From NCBI RefSeq assembly GCF_009914755.1, contig NC_060934.1: a stretch of DNA of 64,000 bases. One strand, written 5' to 3'. The DNA comes from the human T2T-CHM13v2.0 reference genome, Homo sapiens. Below, piece by piece: positions 16,059 through 31,910 of the stretch. How positions within the stretch are numbered: the stretch's first letter is position 1; every line of letters starts with the position of its first letter. A program made the position numbers and the translations under genes. Below the pieces are notes generated by a model that worked only from the letters and a program-made list of their open reading frames with translations, was not told the DNA's origin and did no database searches.

Positions 16059-17597
16059 CCCCTCATCTTTTTATCCAGTCCTTTGTCATCCTTGTGTGTG
16101 CTTATCTGTCTATCTTCCCATTTAGGCATCCACTGTGCTATATTTTGTGGGAGGCACTGTGCTAAGAACTAGGGGCTCAGTCGTTGCTCTCACAGAGCTC
16201 ATACCTTAGTGAAGGAAATAGATGATTAAATAGGTGATGACTGGGTACTTGTCATAGAGAGGGAGTCCAGAGGAGGGACACCCATCCTGACTTTGAGGGC
16301 CAAGACTGAAGGCTGAACGACAGTGACACACAATATGAACAGGGGACAGTGTTCCCAGCCAGGAATGAGGACAAACTGAAGTAGTTCTCTAAAGCTGGGG
16401 CCCACACCTGGCAGACTCCTCTCCCTCCTCTCTACCTTCCAAAGCCATAGTCTCTTTAAGGCCCAGCTTGAGACCTGATGCAATTGTGTGGACCTGGAGC
16501 AGGGAAGTCACGTCTCTAAACCACAGGGACATATTTGAATCCTTATCATTTACAGAAGTGATTTCCACGATTTATAAAGCTCTCTCATTTGGCATCTCAC
16601 AGGACTCCCCCAACATCACCAGATTTAAGGTGAGTATTTTATACACGAGAGTAGAAAACCAAACAACTTACTAAACTTTACATGACTGATAATTTACAGC
16701 TGAGTCAGGATTCAAACCCCGGTCTCACTGCAAATTCCATGCTCTTTCCACCGAACTAGGGAAAGCCTAGAGTTTTGAAGCTTGCAGGGACCATCAAGAT
16801 GGAGGAGACCAAGCTCCCCTGTATTTTGCATGATAAACTGAGGTCCAGAGGGGTAGTCCCATGGCCACGGTCACAGTCTGAGCCAGAATCAAGTGCATCC
16901 TGCACCTGGGTCCTCCCTCCACCGCACCATTGGCCAGCCCATGAGCCTGTCAGACTTCCCAAGGGGCAGGGGCTGTGTGTTTATTATCTATAGCCCTAGT
17001 GGTGCTCCGTGTGTAGTGGGTTCACATAAATACTTTTTGGTGGACACAACTCAGTGCTGGGGCTGTAGGAGCAGTGGTGGTGGAATCTGGAGTCTAGGCT
17101 GGGGGTAGAGCTGGGGTTTGTCCCCCAAGATAATAGAGTTGGTGCCTTTTGGGAAGATCAGCATCTGGAGAGAGCCTGCATTGTTGGAAGGTGGTTAAGA
17201 GGAATAATGACACTCCTTCCGATCCCTGCTCTGCCTCTTATAAGCTTTGTGACTTTGGCCTTATGAACTAAACTCTCAGAGCCTGCTTCCTCACCTGGAG
17301 AATGGGATGATAATGGTTGTTCCACAAAGTAAATGAAATAATACATATAAAATGCTCACTGCAGTGCCTGGCACATAAATGCTCAATAAGTGGAGATTAG
17401 TATTATTTCTCACGGGTGGGAAGAAGGTGTGCAGTGGGCGCAGGCAAGGCAGAGCAGTGGTCTCCAGCACTTCCCTGCCTCCTGGGAATGGGCTGAGCCC
17501 ATCATCTGTCCCTCCTCACCACCCCCTCACCCCACTCCAGAACCAATGCGGGGGATTTGTGAGGGTGCAAGGGCCGGGGGAGGATCACCCCAGTTAC

Positions 17598-17853
17598 CTG
17601 TGACAGGCACCGCAGGTAGCGAGACACTGCCTTCCGAGCAGGGCTATCCCTGACCAGCTCATCCTCCTTGCAGGGAACCTTGGCCAGGAAGAGCTGTACC
17701 TGGCTGGGGGTCATGTTGGCAAAGTCCAGAAACTTCTCAGGGTCCACAGAGCTGCTGAAGGCACACACGAAGCACTTCCCGTCAAGGAGGGCCAGCAGGA
17801 TCCAGACCAGGGGGGCGGCCAGCGCCCTCTGCAGCACAGAGGAGCACATGTAC
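17598..17853 (-). CDS. CALHM3: CALHM3 coding exon 2 (aa 96-181)
   Basis: Acceptor ctgccag|G at 17853, donor CAG|gtaact at 17598; 256 nt; YMCSSVLQRALAAPLVWILLALLDGKCFVCAFS...FANMT...RYLRCLSQ with conserved LLDGKC and N142 sequon. Confidence 0.96.
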
Positions 17854-18189
17854 CTGGCAGCAGAGGAAGGAGGGGGGTCAAGGGGCAGCTGGAAGTCAGC
17901 TGCAGCAGGGGAGGTGCAAGGATGGACTGCTGGGAAGTCCCAGGCTGGGTTACATCAGACTGCAGCTCCCAGTGTAGAGGTCCCAGTGACAGAGACAGGC
18001 AGAAAGGAGGGCAGGGGCCCCTGGGATCCCCAGGACTGGAGCACTGAGGACTTGGTATTCCTCTTGCCCTAGGCCTTACAGCAGACACTGCTGGTGCCCT
18101 GCCCATGCCAGAGGCATCTGTGGGTGCAGTGGCTGGTTCTATTCACCTGGAGGGCCTGAGGGCCTCCTACCTCAAGCATCTGCATTGTT

Positions 18190-18460
18190 CTGCCCCTGGG
18201 GCTTTGGAGGATTTTTTGCTCCAGAGAGGGGTAGGCTGGAAGCACTGAAAAGTTAACCCCCAAATCAACCTTCAACCCCAGAGGGATGGGGCCTTGTGGA
18301 TAAATATCCCAGCTTCTTAAATCCTCAGTGGGACAATTCTGAGATGTGTTCTATGCATGCCCTTAGGGGGTCCCCTGAAGGATTAAGCCCCAGTTGCCCA
18401 CTCATTATCACATTCTTTCAGAGCCTGCTTTTGGAGGAGAGCCTAAGCTAAGACAGCCCT
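18190..18460. mobile_element. ERVL LTR remnant (LTR16-like)
   Basis: ggataaatatcccagcttc...ctcagtgggacaattctgag...gattaagccccagttgcccac. Confidence 0.55.
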
Positions 18461-18717
18461 GCCCAGTAACCCTCCAAAAGCAGCACCTCTAACACCCCTA
18501 CCCACAAGGCATCCCAGGAGCCCACCCTCTGACCGGCCTCAGGCGCCTTTCCAGATCAACTCTGCCCCTGCCTGTAGTGACCTCGACTGGGTATTGGCCA
18601 CAGGACAGGAGCCCAGTGGAGCTGTGCCCACTGGACCCCAGAGGAAAAGGCCAAGGACACACCCAGTGCCTGTGACCCACCCTGCACAGCTGAATTGCAG
18701 GGAGATGTGATCCCTGA

Positions 18718-19175
<458 letters not shown>

Positions 19176-19745
19176 CCCCCCACCCAATCTCTGGCTCCTT
19201 ATTTTCCCCCAAGGCTAGCCATAGAAACTAGAATCCATCTTCCCCAAGGTGGGTCATAGAAACCAGAACTCCTTTTCTCCAAAGCTGCCACCATAAAACC
19301 TAAAAATATGATTCTAATTTCCCCCCGCCTTTCTGTCTGAAAACTGGCCGTAAAGAAATGATCTGACCTACCTAGTTTCATTGTAGATCATAAGACTCCC
19401 TTCTAGAGAGGGTCCTGCCCCGTGTCTGGGAGAAAGGAACACTGTATAGAGAGGCCAAGAAGAACCTAGATGGCCTTGCTGAGTTTCCCCACTCCGTCTA
19501 TAACATCAGTTCATCCCTTTTTTAATCCAATTCTATTTCTGCGTGGCTATCCAAACCTTGTTGAACCTAAGCATAAAAATGAACCATTTCCTCTGTATCT
19601 TTAGGTCTTTATTCTGAAGGTTCTGTGGCACATAAAACGGTAATCAAATAAATTTGTATGCTTTTTCTCTTATTAATCTGCCTTTTGTCAGTTGATTTTC
19701 AGCAGAGCTTCAGAGGGCAAAGAGGAAGTTTTCCCGCAGCCCCTA
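19176..19745 (+). mobile_element. Partial ERV1 LTR (MER39/MER34-like), same family as 8336-9264
   Basis: Shares agccatagaaactaga...gggtcatagaaaccagaac...gttgaacctaagcataaaaatg with the 8.3-9.3 kb copy. Confidence 0.75.
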
Positions 19746-20049
19746 GAGTGGCCTGGGTAATTGGGAATCCTGTGTCATTCCTATGTTTACAGCACTGGCC
19801 ACGGAAAGGTGACAAACGATAGGAACAGAAATATGTTTCCAGAGTGGAAACTGGCAAGTGGCTCTCTGTGAGCCGATAATTCCTAGTTGGGGAAAGGAGA
19901 GGGCGCACCTGGCAGTACCTGTAGGGTGGGTGGAGAATCCCCTGATAATGAGAATGGTTGGGGTCTGGGGGTGCACTTGACAGTGCCTGTGGGGTGGCTG
20001 GGGAGCCCCTGGCAAAGCTCATGGGTCACTGAGTGGTGTGGGACCGCAC

Positions 20050-20336
20050 CTGATGATGCCTGGGTCCTTCCTCCGGTGCCCTGCGGGCCGGCGCCACTCC
20101 TCGACCATCACCACAGACTGCCGGTTGGCGAGGAGGCCGCAGAGAAACAGGGCGAGCGGGGGCGTCAGCAGCAGGCCCAGGCCGTAGAGTGCATTGTAGT
20201 GCACCAGGCAGGGACAGTTGAAGTCAAAGGAGGAGTACAGCTTGACGGTGACCGCAGCCAGCAGCAGGCAGATGCCATTCATCACCGACTCCGAGCTTGA
20301 CTGGAAGTGCTGGAAGAGCATGCGGAATTTATCCAT
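20050..20336 (-). CDS. CALHM3: CALHM3 coding exon 1 (aa 1-96)
   Basis: gccATGg at 20336; MDKFRMLFQHFQSSSESVMNGICLLLAAVTVKLYSSFDFNCPC...DPGII; donor AG|gtgcgg at 20050; 287+256+492 nt = 345 codons including stop. Confidence 0.97.
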
Positions 20337-21434
20337 GGCTCCAGCCTGGGTGGGTGGGCGGCCGTCGGTTCGGCTCAGTGAGGCTCTGGCCACCTTCCTG
20401 GTGTCTGCTGTGCTGGGGACGAGCCTGGGATCTGCAAGAGGTTCTCTCTCTGCTTCCAAGGGCCTGAGGGGCCAAGGAGGAAGCAGTGCCCAGGCCCCAG
20501 CCCAGGCTCCCGGGATCCAGTAGGCACTTAAGGCAGGGACAGGCTCTCACCACAAAGGCTCCCCTGCCCAGCCCAATGGTCCCCTGGTGCCACTCCCCTC
20601 CTGTCTGGGGGAGTGAGTCACCCTCTGTGACCGGGCAGCCCAAAGCACCTCTAGGCAAATGGGCCCCGCCCTGTCACTCCATTCCTCCCGGCCCATTTCT
20701 CTTTGCTTTACGGTCTGGATGCTCAGGCTTGACAGCCGTTGGAGCTTCCTTCGGGGGACAGGCAAATTCTGGGTGTGGTGAGGAAAAGATGCTGATGGAG
20801 CCAAGGTAGCATATTTTCTGGTCTTGATCAAAAGCATGACTCTGAACTTGTCTCACAGGCATAGTAAAACAACAGCAACAACAACAACAAAATATGACGA
20901 CTCAGCTCAGCCCAGGGAGATTTCATGTTGGCTTTCAGGCTAGGAGGAGCCAGAAGGGGCACCTATTCCTGACCGAAGGCTTCCTGGAAGAGGAGACCCT
21001 TGAGAGGAGTCTTCAACGATGTTTCAGCATTTGCCATGAAAGGGGTAGCGGAAGGCGATGGCCTCCCTGGGCGACGTGCTAAACATTGTGCATTAACCAC
21101 TGGGTGCCCATGGGAGAGGCTGCTCAAGTGCCACGCCCACACCTGCATGGCTTTCCCCCTGCCCTTCTTCCGTGTGAGGGGCATGCGTTTGAAATCACTG
21201 CTTCTTCTCCTAACTCTCCCACATCACTAGGTCTCTCCTTGTGTCTCAGTTCCAGTCTCTCCGAAGGATGACAGCCCAGATGTTTGAGGGACCCCTGAAA
21301 CCTGCAAAACGAATTTTGTAAAGGTCACTTGGCCCATATTGTAAGTCAGATCATCCCAAATAAGTCTTGCAAATTTCGTAACCATCTGTGTGGTCTGTAC
21401 TTCTGATGAAGACAGACAGAAACCTGGGTCTTAC

Positions 21435-21735
<301 letters not shown>

Positions 21736-22795
21736 ACTTAGTATTTTTATTTTCCATATTTGTACGTTACTCTAGGTCCTATGAGACAGATTTCCCTGTG
21801 TGAGGGAAATGAGGCACTGGAGAAGATGGGGAGAGCCACCAGTGGCCCTGTGAGTCTGACTCTGAGCGGAGGAGAGGGCGGGGCAGGGGTGAGAAACCCT
21901 TCAAGCCAGGAGGACCACCACAACTTCAGGTGGGTACAGTCCCAGAGGGGCTGTTGGAGGTCACATACCCTGGCGGGGACAGAGCCAGGGAGGAAGCTGG
22001 GATCCTCCATCTGTGCCTTTCAGCCTTAGTCACCCACTGGGCTGCTGACCAGAAAAGGGGACTGTCCTGGCCCAAGGCCAGGCTTCGTGACCCTGAACCA
22101 GCAGGGCTGGTGTGGAGCAGGCGGGGAGCTAACTGGGCTGGGAGGGTCATGAGCACCCCTCAATCCCATTCTAGTCTCAGGGAGGGATAGAGTGTCCTAA
22201 GGGTCCCCAGCCACTCTAACCTTGAGAGTTCAGAAAACAATAGACAATGCTTCTGGAAGAACACTTTGAAGAAAACTGGGTCAAAGACTCCAGGCCAACC
22301 TTTTCACAGCTCCAGCCTCTGAGAGGTAAGACAGAGCTACCAGGTCAGCCTGGGTCCCTGGAGCCCTGCAGGGCAACAGGTGCTGAGTGACTGCAGCGGG
22401 GCTGACCCTTGCCGGGTATTTACAGGAAATACTTCAGTAAAGAAACAGGCCAGAAAGAAGCCCACCACAAAAGGGATATTATCTGTCAAAGAGAGGGGAT
22501 GGCTTACATTTTTTTTTAAATCTCTATTTTCTGAATTGTCGACTTTTATAATAGTAGACATAATAAATCATTACTATAATCATAATAATGATTTTTAACT
22601 ATTTCCAGCAAAAATCATAAAACATTTTAATTAGAAAAACATAAAAAGATAAAAGGACAAGGCAAAAAGGAGAATTCCATTTTGTTGCCTGGAGCTTGGC
22701 CCTGCTGAACTAGTAGAGAGAGAACTAGAGGCAGCAATAAATGGAGAAAGGCTTCTTTTACTCACACATATGGAAAGATATTAAATTGCAGATCT

Positions 22796-23110
22796 GGCCG
22801 GGCGTGGTGGCTCACGCCTGTAATCCCAGCACTTTGGGAGGCCGAGGCAGGCAGATTGCCTGAGCTCAGGAGTTTGAGACCAGCCTGGCCAACATGGCAA
22901 AACCCCATCTCTATTAAAAATACAAAAAATTAGTCGGGCATAGTGGTGCATGCCTGTAATCCCAGCTACTTGGGAGGCTGAGGCTTGAGAATTGCCTCTC
23001 TTGAGGCTGAGGCATGAGAATTGCTTGAACCCAGGAGGCGGAGGCTGCAGTGAGCCCAGATCATGCCACTGCTCTCCAGCCTGGGCAACAAAGAGAGACT
23101 AAAAATAAAT
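22796..23110 (+). mobile_element. Alu with a short internal duplication (gaggc.tgagaattgc twice)
   Basis: Alu consensus; repeated word at ~22976-23025. Confidence 0.9.
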
Positions 23111-23386
23111 TACATTTTTCTTTTTAATAATGATTTAATCTTTTTTTTTTTTTTTAAAACCAGTTGTAAATATGTGTTAATTTGCAATTGGAAGATCTTT
23201 ATAGAATAAATCTTTGGTACTTTCTTCATGTTATTTTGTTTTATTTTCAAATTGGAGTCTTGCAGATATATTCTTGGGGGTCTTCCAGTTTTTTTTGATC
23301 TTTGCAAAGGAGTCTGGATATTATTTGAGAAACACTGGCTTCACCGTTCTTGGAGTTCCTGTTATTGAGAGGGCTGTTTAGGACTA

Positions 23387-23401
23387 GATGCCCCCTACTG
23401 G
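23387..23401 (-). promoter_or_regulatory. Candidate CTCF site
   Basis: CCAGTAGGGGGCATC, 14/15 to CCASYAGRKGGCRSY. Confidence 0.5.
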
Positions 23402-23410
23402 AGAAACTCG

Positions 23411-23540
23411 TTGTATGTGATGTGTGAGAGATGTGTCTATGTACCTGTGTATGCATGTGTGTACACATGTATGTGTATGTGCGTAGTGCATGTGTACATA
23501 TTTGGTGTGTGTATGCATGTGTGTTTTCATACATATGGGT
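23411..23540 (+). repeat. Degenerate (TG)n/(TATG)n microsatellite
   Basis: Alternating purine-pyrimidine tract. Confidence 0.85.
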
Positions 23541-23859
23541 GTGGCCGTCTTCCTACTTTGTATATGGTGAGTATGCCCTCCCCTGACAGTTCTTTCTTTT
23601 CTTTTTCCTTCACAGGGAAGGCATTGAACGTGCGTCCCACTTCTCAGGACTGGGAGACTGTTGTTCTGTGTGTCTAGCAGAGGGTGGTGCCCTTTCTGTC
23701 TCTCGGTGGCGTGATTCTCTGCTTCCCTGAGGACACAGGCCTTTGAGCGGTCCTGGCAGACCCGGGGAAAGCAACGTGGCACTTCTGTGGGCCCCACTCT
23801 GGTGACTCCACAGAGCCGTGTAGCCCTAAGGGCAGAGACAGGCTGGAAATGAAATGGGG

Positions 23860-24762
23860 CCATCTAACAGATGGCGCTGGAACAACTGGCTAGCCATTCG
23901 GGAGCAATCTCTACTTCATGCTTCATACCAAAATAATTTTCACATGGTTCAAAGATTCAACATAAAAATTAAAATCATAAAAATTCTACAGGAAAACGTA
24001 AGGGAATTTATTCATAATCAGAGGCTAAGGAAGGCCTTTGTGAACAGACCCCAGAATTTAGTAGCTGTAGAGGAGTAGATGGACAAGTAAGAGTCATAAA
24101 AACTAGACGCTTCTATGGGCAAACATACCAATAAACAAAATAAAAATAACAAACTGAAGGAAGGGTATTTGCCACACAAAGGCCTCTTTTTCTTAATTTG
24201 CAGAAGGCTCATATAAATCAATCCAAAAGACGAACAATCCTATAGAAAAATGGGTAAAGGATTTGAACAGGTTATTTGCAAAAAAAAAAAAAAAAAAAAA
24301 AAAGAGAGAGAGAGAGAAAAGTGACCAAACATCCTGAAAAAATTCTAATCCTCATTCATAATTAAATAAGAAATGAAACCACCAGTTGCCTTTAAAAATT
24401 GCCAAGTTGTTAGCAACTGAAAGATTGATACTTCCCAGTGTTGATGAGGCTTAAGGAAATAGCTACTTTTCATCTATGGTTGGAGTACAAATGGGTAGGT
24501 TTTTCATGGAACAGTTTAGCAATACATTTAAAGCAAAAATTTAAATACACATGCCCTTTGACTTAGTAATTACAAAGTCTGTATTCATCCCATGGGTAGC
24601 TTTGCAGAAGGAGCCATGATAAACAAACAAGAATGTTCATTATAGCTCTTTTAATGACAATCAAACTGGAAGCAATCTAAATTTCATCAACAGGGGACTG
24701 TTTAAATAAAATATGACACAGCCATAAAATGGGATCCATGCAGTCATTAAAAGAATGAAGCA
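23860..24762 (+). mobile_element. Old L1 (L1M-type) ORF2 3'/3'UTR remnant
   Basis: atggcgctggaacaactggctagccatt, gaaaaatgggtaaaggatttgaacag, atgccctttgac...gaatgttcat are L1M-like words; A-rich. Confidence 0.75.
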
Positions 24763-25421
<659 letters not shown>

Positions 25422-25480
25422 TTAACATTGTTTCTGACTGAGGAACAGAACATGGAACTGTTTCCCTGGTTGATAATACT

Positions 25481-25637
25481 TTTTTTCTTTTTGAAACAGG
25501 GTCTCACTCTGTTGCCCAGGCTGGATGCAGTGGCACGATCATGGCTCACTGCAGCCTCAGCCTCCTGGGTTCAAGTGATTCTCCTTCCTCGGCCTCCCAA
25601 AGTGTTGGAATTGCAGGCATGAGCCACGGTGCCCGAC
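25481..25637 (-). mobile_element. Alu monomer (FAM/FRAM-like)
   Basis: Single reverse Alu arm. Confidence 0.8.
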
Positions 25638-26451
25638 CATAATATATTTTTAACTCCTGTTTTTCTAAGAAGAGATAAATAAGCCTGAATTTTAGAATAT
25701 TATTTTCTCTTCCCTCTTACATGACTAAGAAACTATAAAGGTAGATTTTCTGCCCAAACGGAAATGACGTTTCCAGAGCCTGAAAAGCGGGGCTGGTGCT
25801 CTGGCTAGGAGATCCTGCGACCATCGCATGTGACACTACATGTTGGGCCAAATGCAGAGACCTGGGGGCAAAGACAGGCAGGCTGCTTTGGGGGAAGAGG
25901 GCACCTGGATAGAGTTTCAGCTCTGGGGGTGATCGGGTGCACAGAGGGCCAGGCTAGGAAGCACCTCTGTTGTTGACTACACACCCTCAAGCTCTGGCCA
26001 TGTAGTGACAGACGTTCCCTGGGCATCTGCGGAGTGCCAGGGGCTGGGCTTACGCAGATGCCCATACTGGGTAACTGGACACAGCCAGAGGGGCATCCCG
26101 GTGTGAGTAGCAGTGCTCTGGAGGACTGTGACTCAGCTGAAGTTTGGGGAGCCTCGGCCTCAGTCCTGGGAGAGAGTCTCTGCAGGGAGCTTTGGCCTTC
26201 TGTCCTACGGTCACCATGACAGGGAGAGCTCCTCTGCTGCCGGAGACCCCATCTCAGGATGAAAGGTAAAACGTGGCCTCAGTGAAGGGCACATACTCAG
26301 AGGGGAACATCTCAGTGATTGAAGAGGGGGCCAGTTTCCTCAACGGTATATTTTCTTTACCATGAAGTAGCCAATGGAAACTAGAAGGGTATATGTTTTC
26401 CCAGAAAAACTCTTTTCATTTTGAAAGAGGAAAAGAGCAATCCGTAAACAT

Positions 26452-27079
<628 letters not shown>

Positions 27080-27869
27080 TAAACATTTTTAAGGTGTTTT
27101 GAATGGCTTGAGGGCTCCCCAAAAACGTTTGTCAGAGACAAAGGGGATTCCAATGGAGTTGTAGTGTCACCTAGTGGTGGCTGGAGGGAGGAACTGGGGT
27201 GAGAGGAAGGGAGAGGCGGGACACACAGCAGGTCTGCTCTTTTGGCTATGAGAAAAACTTCCCCCAGCTATCGTCCCTGGGAAGAGAGCTGCCCTTGGGT
27301 GTGCTCTGGGACTGCTCTGGGGAAGGGTGCGTGAAAGGGAGATGTCACACTGCCAGCAGCAATTGGAGAAAAGTCTGCTCCCTGTCCTGGGTCTCACGCT
27401 AAAGGCATTTGGTGTGATTTAAGGCTGCTGGCTTCTTGGAGAGATGCCTCCTGACTCCTATTTGTCTTTCAACTTTGGCCATGAAGGAGTGTTACACTTT
27501 TATGTGGTCATATTTATCATACTTTTCTTTTATGATTCTCTGGTCTTTGTAACGTTCTTGGAAGGGCCATCCTGCCAAGTAAAGGCCACTTAAAACATCT
27601 GTGAGAGAAAAGAGGATGCTGGGGGTACTGCAGCCATTTCGAGCATCTTTCTTTGATTTTATTGTCTTTTTACTCTGTTTTGTGTTCATCAGTAGCTGTG
27701 TGCTCCCTGGCTAACTTCCAGAAAGCTGAGCTGAAGCCACCAGGCATCTTAGGTGTCCTCAAGCAGGAGGGGGCTGGTTCAGGAGCTCAGTGAGGAGGCC
27801 TCCTTTGCCACAGGTGTCTCCCTCAGGCTAGGGACGTGAAGGAATTCCACCCTGGTGCAGGCACAGTAT

Positions 27870-28115
27870 CATGGGAATCAGGACTCAGGCTGTCCTAGGG
27901 CTGTGCCTCCACGCCTCCCCCATCAGCTCCTAGGCAAGTGACTTAGCCTCCTGAAGCCTCGGGATTTTTATTTGTAAAATAGGAATAATAATAGTAATAA
28001 TAACAAGAACAAAAATAGTACCTATCTCACAGGGTTGTTTCCAGACTTAAATGAACTAATGCATCTGAAGTGCTTAGACCAAGGCCTGGGACACATGAGT
28101 AAGTGCTTCATAAAT
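27870..28115 (+). mobile_element. MIR
   Basis: ggcaagtgacttagcctc...tgtaaaataggaataata...acctatctcacagggttgtt. Confidence 0.75.
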
Positions 28116-28178
28116 GTCACCTGTCACAGTTATCTGAGCAAGTGGCCCTGGGATAGATCAACTGATGCTGGACTTTGA

Positions 28179-28543
<365 letters not shown>

Positions 28544-29324
28544 CAACACTGGGCATTTTCCTTTCTGCTTCATGGAGGAACCTCCTTCCGTCCTTTCAGA
28601 TACAGTCTTGGGAGTGCTTGGCCTCAGGTCTGGATTTTTTCCATGGGTGCTATGGGTACTTAAGCCTATGAACTTTTAAAGCATCTGCTTGAGACCAGAA
28701 AAAAACATTACTGTCCTCAAGTTATGAAAGGAAAACTTCAAACCAAAATTAATAAATGTTCACTTAAATGCCTTTGTTGTATCAATGTCATTGATTGCTA
28801 AATGTAGTACTCATAAACATTTCATTATATTTGAAGACAAACATAGTTTTTTTCTCACTTGGCAAGGCATCCAGCACACGCATGATTGCTTAGAAATAAA
28901 ACCAGTTGTAAATTCAGTGAGTCCCTTGTCATCCAGTGATTCCAAAAGCCAAATTTGTAAAAATCCTTTCAAAATGTTTACTGCAAGAAAATGATGTTTA
29001 ATGTGGAATGCGGTATATTTTAGTACATTTGGCCTGACAGGGTTGGGCTCCAAAATAAGAGTTTGGGGGTCTATGAAGACCTCACAACTGATCCTGGATT
29101 CAGGGGCCACCTCCCAGAGGGCAAGTTTGTCTGTGGGGCAGAGGAAGGGGCTGGGATTCACCCCTGCTACCTCCTTGCACAGTCACCTCTTCCAATAAGT
29201 TAGCCCTGCTTGTGTGGCAGCCAGCACTGGCCTGGTCCCCATGGGGTGTCCAGCTTTCCCCCGAGAAAGCCTGTAGGCCTTCTTTAAACACCGTCTTCAC
29301 AACTAGAACATGTGACCATGTGGA

Positions 29325-29685
29325 GCAGTTTCCCAATGTGTAATCAATAAATGACTTGTATCACACTCTGCTCAATCTAAGTCTCAAGGGGTGAGGTCTG
29401 GGAGTCTGCATTTTAGTAACTTTCTCCCCCTCTCCCCAAGGCCTCATAGATGATTCTGATGCACGTTTAAGTTTGAGAATTATTAGTCTAGAGTGTGTGT
29501 GCACCCCAGGAGGAGGGCAAGATGATCCCTTTTTCAATATCATTAGTCTATGTTTCATAATATACATAATATGAATACAGTAGTGCATTTTTAGAAATTA
29601 TAAATAAAGAAATATACATATATTGGTGTACACACTTTAAAAATTTATTACTGCTAGGGGTGCGTGATCAAAAAAGTTTGGAGCT
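29325..29685. mobile_element. hAT-type DNA transposon remnants (MER5-like and others)
   Basis: tctgcatttt...gattctgatgcac...aagtttgagaa; ggggtgcgtgatcaaaaaagtttg. Confidence 0.55.
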
Positions 29686-30180
29686 CAGAGCAACGTGCCC
29701 AGCCCAGCTATGCGGTCAGACCTGCTGTATGTTCAGCTCTGAACCTGGGCCTGGGAGGTGGGGAACTGGGACTGGAGTGCACAAAAAGCAGAGGACAGGC
29801 TGCCCCACGGTGCTAGCAAGGAAACTGCATCTCATCAGCGCCAGGGATACAGGTAGTGCTCAATAAATGGTCACTGGGCAATGAGTGAAGCTGAATCCCA
29901 AAAATACCTGGGAATAAGATGGCATAGGGCCCATTCCATCCTAAAATGGGCAGCACAGACTTCCATCCTTCAGAGGGAGGGCCCGACAGCTTAATCCATC
30001 CATTTCTTTATTCATTCATTTATTTAATAACTAGTTATTGAGTATGCACTAGGCATCAGGCACAGGCACTCAGAGATCTACCCCTCCAACTTGTCCAGCC
30101 ACCCCCTGAAGTTCAGACAGGACACCACCCTCTCCCCCGACAGCTTTTCTGATAGTCTGATTAACTATGGGCTGGTGGCT

Positions 30181-30800
30181 GGGTGGACATGGTGGCACAT
30201 GCCTATAATCCCAGAGCTTTGGGTGGCCTAGTCGGGACCTGAAGCCAGGAGTTCAAGACCAGCCTGAGCAACAAACTGAGATCTCATCTCTTACAAAACA
30301 CAAATAAATAAAAAATTAGTCAGGTGTGATGGCGCATGCCTGTAGTCCCAGCTACTCGAGATTGAGGTGGGAGCATCGTTTGAGCCCAGGAGGTCGAGGT
30401 TGCAGTGAGCTATGATCACGCCTCTGCATTCCAGCCTGGTGACAGAGTGAGACCCTCAGCTCTAAATACCAAAACCAGGCGGAGTGCAGTGGCTCACGCC
30501 TGTAATCCCAGCACTTTGGGAGGCCAAGGTGGGCAGATCAATTGAGGTCAGGAGTTCAAGACCAGCCTGGCCAACATGGCAAAATCCTGTCTCTTCTAAA
30601 AATACAAAAATTAGCTGACCGTGATGGCACGCACCTGCAATCCCAGCTACTCAGGAGGCTGAGGCACGAGAATTGCTTGAACCCAGGAGGAGAGGTTGCA
30701 GTGAGCTGAGATCATGCCACTGCACTCCAGCCTGGGTGATAGAGTTAGACTCTGTCTCAAACAAACAAACAAATAAACAAAACCCAAACAAAATGAAACA
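30181..30800 (+). mobile_element. Two tandem Alus (AluJ-like, AluS-like)
   Basis: Alu consensus 30181-30470 and 30478-30800. Confidence 0.9.
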
Positions 30801-31298
30801 ATGGGCTGGGACTTGGGGAATGGGAGGGTGCTACCTGTGGTAGCCAGGGATAGTTGTGGCTGTTTCCCATTTTAAGGTTAATTTCTCTGCCTGGAGGGAG
30901 GTGTCATGCCATTGACTAGGGTGGTCTCAATTCAGGGGAGTCCAGCTTGGCCTAGAGGCGCCCCACTTTTGTCTGCCTGAGGAAAGGTCATCACTCTGGT
31001 TGGTTCTGAACTCAGTATCCAGAGGCTCAGGGAAGGGAGTAGACTCTCAGTTAAATATGCTATTATTTTATCAACGCGGTAACTCTTCAAGACTTGAATG
31101 GATCTGGAAGCTATGGAGAGAGAGAAAGAGGAAGGGAGGTAGAGAGAGGCGAACCAGGCAGGAGCGGACAGCCAGGGTGGGAAGAACAGAGGTTGCAAGG
31201 AGAGAAAGTGACCAGGGTGGGAAGAAGCAGAGAAGGAAGGGCAGGGGGAAAGACGAGAGGGGGTGGGAAGGGGGTAGAGAGTGAAAGAAACCAGCAAG

Positions 31299-31910
31299 GG
31301 CCAGGTGCGGTGGCTCACTCCTGTAATCCCAGCACTTTGGGAGGCTGAGGCGGGCGGATCACTTGAGGTCAGGAGTTAGGGACCAACCTGGCCAACACGG
31401 TGAAACCCCATCTCAATTAAAAATACAAAAATTGGCTGGGCACGGTGGCTCATGCCTGTAATCCCAGCACTTTGGGAGGCCGAGGCGGGTGGATCACGAG
31501 GTAAGGAGATTGAGACCATCCTGGCTAACACGGTGAAACCCCATCTCCACCAAATATGCAAAAAATTAGCCGGGCGTAGTGGCAGGCACCTGTATTCCCA
31601 GCTACTCAGGAGGCTGAGGCAGGAGAATGGCGTGAACCCAGGGGGCGGAGTTTGCAGTGAGCTGAGATCGCGCCACTGCACTCCAGCCTGGGTGACACAG
31701 CGAGACTCCGTCTCAAAAAAAAAAAAAAAAAAAGAAGGAAAAAAAATTAGCTGGACATGATGGTGTGTGCCTGTAGTCCCAGCTACTCGGGAAGCTGAGG
31801 TTGGAGAATTGCTTGAACCTGGAAGGTGGAGGTTGCAAGATTGCAGTGAGCTGAGATCGTGCCACTGTGCTCCCACTGGGCAAGACTCTGTATAAAAAAA
31901 AAAAAAAGAG
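31299..31910 (+). mobile_element. Nested Alus: AluY-like (31434-31745) in the linker of an older Alu
   Basis: Left arm, full Alu with ggagaatggcgtgaaccc, right arm resumes after aaaaatt. Confidence 0.92.

Noticed and set aside
20337-20459. 41-aa N-terminal extension of CALHM3 from a TTG
   Set aside because: ATG at 20336 has a strong Kozak and aligns with the CALHM1 N-terminus; no support for the near-cognate start.
23864-23879. CTCF-like CTAACAGATGGCGCTG
   Set aside because: Two core mismatches and it is a decayed L1 ORF2 word; weaker than the site at 23387.
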